A stretch of DNA of 64,000 nucleotides from Paraspadella gotoi (Eukaryota > Animalia > Chaetognatha): assembly GCA_051294375.1 (NCBI GenBank), contig CM119263.1, positions 7,107,645-7,171,644 of the forward strand. Direction: 5' to 3'. The notes below the pieces were generated by a model. It ran no database searches. It was given only the letters and a program-made list of their open reading frames with translations, and was not told the origin of the DNA. The position numbers were made by a program, and so were the translations under genes. Positions 52,932 through 64,000 of this stretch are shown in pieces. The first letter of the stretch is position 1; each line of letters starts with the position of its first letter.

Positions 52932-54046
52932 GGCGAGTGAAATCTGAGCGAGAGGAGATTCACGAACCGTGAGCCACAAAGACGAGCGAAGGAACCGATA
53001 AAACGGAAGTGACAATCACACGAATGTGAGTGTGAAGTGAAAGGCTCACGTGAAAAACGCAACTGCAGGGAAGGGACAATAGGAAATCGCTCAATTTAAT
53101 GTTTGAACATCAGGGATGGTTACTTTTAGAATAGATTGAGAATTGTTCAATAGTTACAATTTCTTTAAAAGTACATGGTAAAAGTTTATCTTTATAAATA
53201 TCATTTTTTATGGCGACATATAGGCATGAAAATCAAAAAAATTAATTAAATCTACAGCTGCAAGTGAATAAGAAAGTAGCAATTTTTATTTATGTTTCAA
53301 ACTAAAATAATGATATACAGTTAGTAGACAAGAGTGGAAAAAAAGGCCCTTCGCAAGAATAATGTCCCCTTCTCGCTCATTTAAAAAAAAATTAAGGTCT
53401 CTCTATTATGTCTTTGCACTTGTAATTGCTATTATTAAAAATAATTGTATATGAAAATATCAATTTACAAGCTAAAGATTCCCTCAGCAAGGATTCTTCT
53501 ATTTGGTTAAAATATCTTTTTTCTCTTTTTTTATTTAACAGGAAATCTTTCCTTTGAAAATACGAATATTCAGGCGTCTGAGTTAAGTGAAGGTAAGGGA
53601 AGAAGTAGGTCGAGGTAACTGCCGCTTCGTTGGGGTAAAGTTAAGCAAGAAAGGAAAGAACCGGAGAGAGGGGAAAGAAAATACAAAATTAGGGAAATAA
53701 AAAAGTAAACGAATAGGAGTGATGGAAAGGAGCGAGAACGGGAGCTAAGGAAAGGAGTGAAAAGGAGAACCTAGGAAATTAACAAAAGAAAGGAGCAAAG
53801 GAAAGTAGCGAAGAGGGGTTAAGGTAAGCGAGCAAAAGAAAGGAGTGAGAAAGAGAGTAAAGAAAAGGAGCGAGAGGGGTATATAAGAAAAGGAGCGAGA
53901 AGGATAGCAAAGAAAAGGAGCGAGGAGGGTTCTAAGGAAAGGAGCGAGGAAGAGCCCCGTTACTGTTTCTTTATCCCGCGGACTTAAAGAAGCCTTGAGC
54001 GCAGGAAGCGAAATTAGCATTACTCTATCGAACTGCCAGTCGCTGA

Positions 54047-54085
<39 letters not shown>

Positions 54086-54361
54086 GAGAGAGAGAGAGAG
54101 AGATGGAGAGAGAGAGAGAGACAGAATAAAATAAAAGAGGAAAAAAAAGAAGGCAGTGGAGGAAAGAAATAAGCGGAGAAGAAAAAGTTCGGGGAGAAAA
54201 AATGTAAATTGAGAAAAAAAAACATGAAAAAATATGGCGAAAAAAGGGAGAAATAAAAAAGAAAGTAAAAAGCCGAAGTTTAAAATAGAAACGTTTGGTT
54301 GTAAAAAAACAAAGCGAGCTTAATTCGAATAATGGATAAAATGAAGGAAGAGAGAGAGAAG

Positions 54362-54411
<50 letters not shown>

Positions 54412-55057
54412 AGAAGAGTAGAGAGAGAGAGAGAGAGAGTAAAGGTCATTTAACTGGTAGCAAGGTTTGCTCGATCGCAGTAAAACTCCAGATTTAAACA
54501 TTTAAAATTTTATTACACCTGACTTGAGCTACCTAAACACTTTAGTCTTCAATTTAAAATACATATATTATATTTTCTAAAATAAAAACTGAACTTTTTT
54601 TTCATATTCCAATTTATTGTTAAATTCTAAAATTGAAAACAACATTTTGCCCGAAATTTAACGAAATGTAATTTTTTTTTATCTTTCAGACTTCTAATCA
54701 CTTTTGCCATCATCGTAAAATTCTTGAGAAAAAAAATCACGGATCCTTTTTTTTTTCATCCTCTTTTGAAAGAAAAAAACCTTTTAACTTTTCTTTAACT
54801 GCTATCTGCGCCATCTTTCTTCTCTAACCAACCTTTTTCACTCGACTCCCTTTTGTTGAAATCAGCCTAAACAAAATAGCAACTCGACATACAAACTCCT
54901 AATACCATCCTATATCTCCAACACAACAGTTGTCGTCTTTCGTTATGATTATTGTTTAAATCAAATCCGTCTGAGGATCATCATTTCGACGAAAGTTTTA
55001 GTTTATTTTTGATTGCCGTCTCCCTCTCCCTCCCTCTCTCTCTCTCTCTCTCTCATC

Positions 55058-55099
<42 letters not shown>

Positions 55100-56399
55100 C
55101 GTCTTTTCCCTCGTGTGCTTTCTCGGTTCGTAAACAAATTAGGTCGGTATGTTTATTTTATAACTGGATGAGAGAAAAGCCTAAATCGTTCTCACATATG
55201 CACACTTTTGTGTTTATCTTTTTTAGTTACGTCGCGAGTACTTTTCTGTCGGTCTGTTGGTCGGTTGGTCGGTCAGTCAATATGTCTGTCCGTCGGTCTG
55301 TCCCACTTATATTAAAAATTAATGTTTAGATTAGATTAGATTTATTCAAGAAGGACGGGCCGGGGGTAGGCCATGGGTCGCAGTTACAAATAATCACAGA
55401 CAGGTTTATAATTAATCACAGCATAACGAGAATGTGATTTGCCTATAGTTGGTTGATCATTTGTTAAGACAGAAAAAAAACCTCTAAGAGACTGCTAGCG
55501 CCGCCTTCAGGAATTTATAAAACTATAAAGAATAAAAGACGAAATTTTGATGCAGTGCATGTCATAAAAAAGTTTTTTAGTCATGTCATGTCATATAATG
55601 TCATATCATGTGATCAAATACACGTGAAAAAAAGTCACTGCGGCGCAACACATTGGAATTACTGTTCTTGTTTTTCTTTTATTTCCTTTTTTTTTCGTTT
55701 CCATCTTTTTTTCTCTTTCTCTTTCCATTTCCGCAACCATTTATGCGTCGGTGGCGCCACAACAGACGATAGTGAATTCTTCTTGCCCCTCTGACCCTTT
55801 CTTCCTCCTATGCATTTTTTCTTCTTTTCTTTTTCTTTTTCTTTTCTTTTCTTCTCTTTTTTTTAGTCGCAAGTTTCTGTTATCGTCTTTTTCTCGTTAC
55901 TTTTTTCCTCTTCTTCCTTTGTCCCTTCGTTATTCCAACACAATCCGCAATTCATCTCATCATAAAATATATTTCAGCCTTTTTTCCTTCTCGTATAATT
56001 TATGCGAAGGTAAATTCGCTCGAACGGGGTTGTCGTTTTGTTTATGTTTTATAATTTTCTCTCTTTCTCTATATCTTCCACTTAAACGTTCCTGTTTTAT
56101 CACCACGCCGCCGTGGCAGATTCATCTTCATCACTCTTTCTTTTCATTTTTTTCATTTTTCTTTCATTTCATGTTCACCCATTTTCCATTTTTCATTTTT
56201 ACCGCATCTGAAATCCGCGTGAGTTCACTTCAAGCACGGACGCATTTCCGGGACGCACCCTCGCGAGAGCCCTCGAATTGGTGCACACAGTACGTATGTA
56301 TTGGNNNNNNNNNNNNNNNNNNNNNNNNNTGAGATCTAGAGAGAGAGAGAGAGAAAGAAGAAGGAAAGTGAGAGATACCAGTAACCGGAAACCAAGAAT

Positions 56400-57750
56400 G
56401 TCGTAAGTCTGTACATGGAAAACTTTTCCATTTATGAGGATAAAAAAAGCTTTAGGATTTTTATAGGAAGTTGCCTGCGATCCTGGCTATTGGCCCATTT
56501 AAGCAATTTTTCCAAAAAAATAATCTTTAAACGGCACTTAAAAATTGGGTCAAAAATTTTTTTTTAAAAAACTTGCATAGCTCTAATGATAATTTTAAAA
56601 TTTTTTCTTAAAATTTTGCCAACTTATCACTCAAGAGGGTTTGTAACTTCTGTAGAAATATTGTTACTATCAAAAATTTTTTTTCCCATATTTATTCAAG
56701 TGCTAAGTATTTTAGATGGTCATTTTTTCAAATGATGGCATAACTTCTTATTGTGAATAATTATGGTTTTAAATTTTAAGTAATAGGTGGGCCTTGGGTA
56801 GTCCTACAATACATATAAATTTCAATCATTTTGGAAAAAACTTTTTTGACACACGGTCAATTTTTTTGTTTTTCCAAAATTCAAATTGTCAATCCTGCTA
56901 AAAATATTCATTGCAAATAATGTATTCTTTGGCCTATAAATCAGTTAAAACATATTTAACAAAAAATAAAGCCTAAAGCAACAAATTTTTCCTCACATTT
57001 TTAAAAACCTCATTTGCATATTGTTGCATTTTTATAATTTTGCTAAAGTTTTTTCACAATAAAAACTAATCCTTTTTTTAAAATTTTTGGTACACAGAAT
57101 AAATATAATCAAACCTTTAAAAATATAACCATCAACCCTAATTATTTAAGAAATTTCAAATATTTTTTAAATGTATTTTATATAATTAGCTAAAAAATAA
57201 TGATTTTAATCAAGCATTCTGCTAACTTTTTCAAAGGTGGGCATCATTGAAAAGAGGGCAACTCAAGGATTCCAAATAAATAATTTTTTTTACCAAATTT
57301 AATGTCCAAAAGCTGAGATAATTCTTTCCAAAGTGCCTCAACAAATTGAAAAAAACATTCCTTTTTTAAATCGTTAATCGAAAATGCGACTACGAATAGT
57401 TTTTGTTTCAATACTTGGTAACTAGGTCAAAGAATTGTTTCATATTTTGTGGTAATGTCATGTACAGGAGAAAATAAATATTATAGAAGATTCTCAATCG
57501 ATTTTAAAATCTTGGCTAGAAACATTTTACTCTTTTTCTACCAAGTTTTTTAGAAGTATGCTAAATGTTTCTCTGATTAGCGCAAAATAGAATTTGAGAA
57601 TAAAAAATTAAATAGTAAATAGTTTGGTGAGTTATGTCTCAATAGATGAAAAAAAAACGGCTTGTTAAGAAATTTGAATCTGGAATAGGGATAACTTAGG
57701 CGTACCAATGGCATCGTCCATGCAATCGTTCTTCTCAAATATTTTTTATT
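56400..57750. mobile_element. AT-rich probable non-autonomous DNA transposon interior
   Basis: Its last ~190 bp match 38270-38470; no ORF. Termini not identified and the left boundary is a guess. Confidence 0.4.
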
Positions 57751-60700
57751 AATATTAAAATATAATTATATTATTATAATAAAATAAAATTATAAAATAT
57801 AAAAAATATATATAACACATAATATTAAATATAATAAAAAATTTAACAATATTATATTAAATATATAATATAAAAATTATAATTAAATAATAAATGATTA
57901 TTATATTTATTTAAAATAACTAAAATTATAAACTATATATTTTTTATATATTTAAAATTAATATCTAAATTTTAATTTTGTATTAAATATATAATATATA
58001 ATAAATTTATTATATAAAGTAATTAATAAATCTATATAAAAAATAATATTAGATTAATATTTAATATATATTTTTAATAAATTTATTATAATTATTTTAA
58101 ATAATGATTAAAATATTTTATAAATTATATATAAATTTAATAAAAAAATGATTATAATCATTATTAATATTAATTTTAATATTTTAAAAATTTAAATAAG
58201 TAATATATATAATTTATTAATATTATATAAAATTTGTAAATTAATATAATTAAATAAAATTATATTATAAATTTTTTAAAATATTAATAATTAATTAAAT
58301 ATTAGATATATTAAAAAATTTCTTATATATTAAAATATATTTAGATATTAAATAATAATATATTTTATAAATAAGATAAATATTTATAATATATATTATT
58401 AATAATAAAATGATAGATATTATAATAATTATATAATACATTTATTCTTTGATTTAAAATAAAAATATAAATTATAAAATTTAAATTAAAATAAAAAAAA
58501 ATAAAATATTAAATTATTAACAATTAAATAAAATATAATTTATTTATATAAAATATTAATATTATACAATAAAATTTAATAATTTTATATATTTAAAACA
58601 ATTATTTTATAAAAAAAAAAAAAAAAAATTTACATTATAATATCAAAATATTAAATAAAAAAATAATATTATATTATATAAAATTATTAATATAATATAA
58701 TTATATTTTAATAATTTAATATTAAATATAATTAAAAATTTAATATTAATTAATTAATATAATAATATATATTAAAAAATAATTTTATTTAGAAATATAT
58801 AAAAATTTATATAATTAATAATAATATTATTAGTATAAAGAAAATATTATAATATTAACTATAAAAATATAAATTTAATAATATGATAAAATAAATTAAA
58901 AATAAAATTATATATTAATTAATAAATATTATATAGATATATATAATAAAAAAAAAAAATATAAAAATAAATAAATTATTATATATATATAAAAATATAA
59001 ATAAATAAATTTTATATATTATAATAATAATTTATATAAAAAAATTAAAAAAATTTATTTAATTTATAATTTAATTAAAATATAAAGTAAAAATAAAATA
59101 GTTAATTATTATATATAAAAAAAATTTATTATTAAAATATAATATAAATATAAAGTATATATAACTTAATAATTATAATAAATAACATATATTAAATTTA
59201 TAATTTAAATAATTATATTAAATTATAAATAATATAATTGATAATATTATATAAAACTAAATATTTAATTAAAATATTAATATATAATATTTAAAAATTT
59301 ATATATAAAAATTAAATAATTATTTAATATATAAATAAATTAAATTATTAATTATATATATTTTATAAAATAATACTGATAATTATATAATAATAAAATT
59401 TAATAATTAATTATTATAATTTTTATTTATTATTATAATATATATATACTATAATAAAATTATAAAAATATATATATATAAATTAATAAATCTATATAAT
59501 TAATTATTTAATAAATTTAATAAATTAAAATAGAATTATAATAAATAAAAAAAATTTATATTATATAATTTATATAAAATATAATATATATTATAGTAAT
59601 AAATTTAAATATTTTTAAGTAATTATTTTTATTAATAATTTTTATTTTATATAATATAATTTATATATATAAAATATATATTATTTTATATAGTTTATAT
59701 TATATTTATATAATATATTATAATATATATAAATTATTATATATATATTTTATATAATTAAATATATAATTATAAATAAATAATTAGAATTATTTTATAA
59801 TTAATATATTATAAATAAATTAATTATAATATTATTTTTAAATAATTATTCTTTTAAAATTAAATTAATATTTATATTATTTTAATTATATTATTAAAAT
59901 AAAAATTAAATTAAATTAAAATATAATATACATTAAAATAAATTATTTTATAATAATTTAAATTATATATATTTAATTTTAAAAATTTATTTATTATTAT
60001 TAATATTTATAAAAAAATAATTAAAAATATAAATTAAAATAATAATAATTATTTTATAATTTAAATATTTTTATTATATTAATAAATTAATATTAAATAA
60101 AATATATTATAAAAATTTAATAAAAGTATATTATATATATATATAATTTAAAATTTTATAAATATATATTTTAATTATATTATTTTTTATTAAATATTTT
60201 AAAACAAATAAATATAAATTATAAATATAATTACTTATTAATTATTATAATTAATATTTTAATTTATTTATAATAATATTATTTTAAAATTTATTAATAA
60301 TATATAATTTATATTTAATAAATATATTAATTTTTTTAAATTTTCATCAAATAATTATTATATTTATTATATTATAAAATTAATTTTATATATATATTTA
60401 AATATTTTATATTAAATATATTATATTAATAATAATAATATTTAATAAATATATATAATTATAATATTTTAATATTGTATATATAAAAATATTTTAAATA
60501 TTATATTAATTTAATAATATTTATAGATATAATATATATAAAATAAAAAAAATATATTATTAAATATGATATTATAATTATAAATAATAAATATGTATTT
60601 TTATCTATATTTTAATTTATATTATTAATTTTATTATAATGATGATTTTATTAATATTAAATTTTAATATTAATATTTTATAATAAAATAAAATTATATT

Positions 60701-63700
60701 TTATTAATATAATAAAATATTAATATTAATTTTAATATTTATTATTTTATATTATATTATATTATAAAAAATTAATATATTTTAATTATATTTAATAATT
60801 TTATTAATAATATTATTTAAGTAAAAAATATGTCTTTTAAATTATATTATATATTTATTTTAAATATTTATATATTTTAAATATATTTTGAATTATTTTA
60901 ATATATGATTAAAATATACTATATAATAAATTTTATATTAAATTTTAATTTTTTTATTATTTAATTTATATAGTTTTTATTATTTAAATATAATCTAGAT
61001 TAATATTTAAAAAAAAATATATTATTTATTAATAAATAATATAAATTATTATTAATTATTAATATAATAATATTATATTATTATAATAATTATATTATCT
61101 TATAATATTTATTAATATAAACTAAAATTTATTAATTATATATTAATATTTTATTATATTATAAAATAATATAATAAATTAATATATAATTTAATTATTA
61201 TATATAATTTAAATATTTATATATATTACTATTTAAATATTAAAAATAATATAATTTTTTATAATTATTATATTTATAATATTAATTAATATAATTTTAT
61301 ATTTATGTTTTAAATTTTAATTATAAATATTATATTAATATATAATTTATAATATTTAAATTTATAATTTTATATATTAATATATTATATATTTTTAAAT
61401 TATTTATTTTAAAATAAATAAAAATTATTTATATTATATATATTAATATATTAAATTATATCATATTAAATTAATTAAAAAAATAATATATAAATAAGCT
61501 ATATTTAATATTAAAGATTATTTAAATATATATTAATATTAATTATATATTAATATAAATTTTTTTTAATATTATTTTATTTATTTTATTATTTATGTTA
61601 TATAATAATTAATATAATAGTTTTATAATGTTTATATTATTTTAATAACATATTATTATTTTTTATAATTATATATTATATTTTATTATTAAAAATTATA
61701 TATTTTAATTATAAAATATTTATTATTTTTAATATTATAAATATATTATTATATTATAATTATTATAAATTAATATAATAAATATTATATATTAATACTT
61801 AATAATATATATTATAGATAATTTATAATAATTTTTATTAATTATATTTATTATTATAATATTTATAATTAATTAAATTAAATTTAATATATAAATTATT
61901 TTTATTATATATTTATTATATAAAATATTTTAAATATAATAATTTATATATTATATAACTTTTTATTTAATAAAAATTAATTTAATTAATGTAATTTAAT
62001 TATATATATATATTTTAACTCATATAATATTAAATATTATATTTTTTTATATATTTATATGTAATATAAATTTTAAAAAAATTAATTAATATATATATAT
62101 ATTTATTATAATTAATAATATATAAGTATAATATATATATATATAATAATAAATTAAATAATTTTATATAATAATTTATATTAAAAATTTTATTAATTTT
62201 TATATTAGAATTTGAATTTTTTTAAATTAATTATATTATTACTATATAAATACTATATTTTAAATTATTTTAACTATTAATATATATTAAATTAAAAAGA
62301 AAATTATATATATAATATTAATTATATAATAAATAATTATTTATATTAATTTTTAATAATATAATATAAATATATAATATAAATTATTTATTATTAATTT
62401 TTATAATTAATATTATTTATATTTTTTTTTTTTATAAATTAGATTATAAATATTATTTTAAATATATAATATATTATATATATATAATTAATTATATAAA
62501 ATATATTTATTTTTTTATTTCTGTTATATTTATGTTAAAATATATATTTATTTTATTTTATTTATTATATTATTATATATATATATAAATATTTTAAAAT
62601 AATAATTTTTATAAATATTATAAAATATTTTATAATAATATATAATATAAATATAATATTAATTTATTAAATATAAATATTATATATTATATAATTATGT
62701 AAAAAATTTTATAATATATAAAATAATTAATTATTCATATTTATTATCTTTATATTTATTAATTAAATAAAATTTAATATATTAAATTATTATCTTATAT
62801 TAATATTAAATTACAATATAAAAATATTCTGATTTCTAATATCATAATATTAAATATATTAAAATATAAATAATATATAAATATTATTTATATATATTAA
62901 TTATAAATAAATATTATTTTATAATATAACATATTTAAATAATTAATTTATTATAAATAATATAAATAATTTAATATTATTTAATATAAATATATTATTT
63001 ATATAATTCTATCAAAATTATAATTAATAATATAATAATATATTTAAAAATTAATTTTAAAATATAGTACAATAAAATTTAATTAATATATCTAAAATTA
63101 AGATAATGTATTTAAATTTAATAAATTTATATTACATATATATAAAATACTATATATAATATAATAATAAAAAAAAATAATTATTAAATTAAACATAATA
63201 ATATAAAAAATATATAAAATATAAAATATAATTTATATAATAATAATTTAATTATTAAAAAAAAAAAATATATATATAAAATTAATTAAATTATTTCATA
63301 AATTAAATATTAATAAAAATAGATTATTTATAATAATTATATTATTTTTATATTATTTATAATAATTGACAATATTATAAATATTATTAATTTATTTAAT
63401 ATATATTATTAAATATATTATATTAATATAATAATATATAATAAAAATATAAATTATATTAAATCAATATATAACATATATAATAATTTATTAATATTAT
63501 TTATAATAAATTTTTAAATAGTAATATTATAATAATAATATTAATAAAAATTTAATAAAAATATAATATAAATAATAATTAATTATTATAATTTATTTAA
63601 ATAATTATTTATAATATTAAATTAATATTAAATTATTAATGATATTTATAATAAAATAGCATAATATATAATTAATATAATATATAAATATTATATTTAA

Positions 63701-64000
63701 ATATTAAAAAATAAAATTATAATAGATTATAAATAAAATAATAACAAATATATATTAATTATATATTATAATTATTATAAAATAATAAATAAATTATTTT
63801 ATTATATTAATAAATATATAAAATATAATTAATATATTTATATTAATAATTAAATAATTATATTATAGTTTAAAATAATATTAACATATTAAATTTTATT
63901 CAATTATTTTAATATTTAATATTATATTATTTATTAAATATTAAATATATTTTTATATTTATATATTTTTATATTTATTTTATTATTAAAATATAATTAT
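57750..64000. other. 6.2 kb nearly pure A/T aperiodic tract
   Basis: G/C is very rare and no stable period is visible. It begins abruptly inside a repeat copy, within 1.5 kb of a 25-N gap. Confidence 0.9.

Noticed and set aside
54968-55005. CUGAGGA...GACGAAA hammerhead-like match
   Set aside because: Stems I, II and III do not pair.
57750-64000. Mitochondrial control region / NUMT or AT-rich contaminant genome
   Set aside because: No tRNA, rRNA or coding signal; too G/C-poor to encode protein.

Overview
Eukaryotic (probably invertebrate) draft-genome window rich in (AG)n and (GAC)n microsatellites, with several N-gaps and clear long-read gap-filling artefacts. The only well-supported gene is a 4-exon L-xylulose reductase/DCXR-like SDR (8295-9625, +). 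It recurs in a frameshift-riddled ~5.7 kb tandem copy that is probably a haplotype or assembly duplicate. Also present: a 63-bp G-rich satellite with higher-order structure (~960-4252), a 36-bp minisatellite, an internally deleted Tc1 element with TIRs and TA TSD, a MITE carrying nested insertions, and a 6 kb almost pure-AT tail that is probably sequencing noise. The most interesting signal is RNA. One repeat family carries minimal Penelope-type hammerhead ribozymes, one of them intact at 49644-49688. Two other unrelated families, a tRNA-derived SINE and a probable Penelope-like 3' end, carry the same circularly permuted twister-like fold, with covarying pseudoknots and a loop-less palindromic P1. 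All structure calls were made by eye and need covariance-model and in vitro tests.
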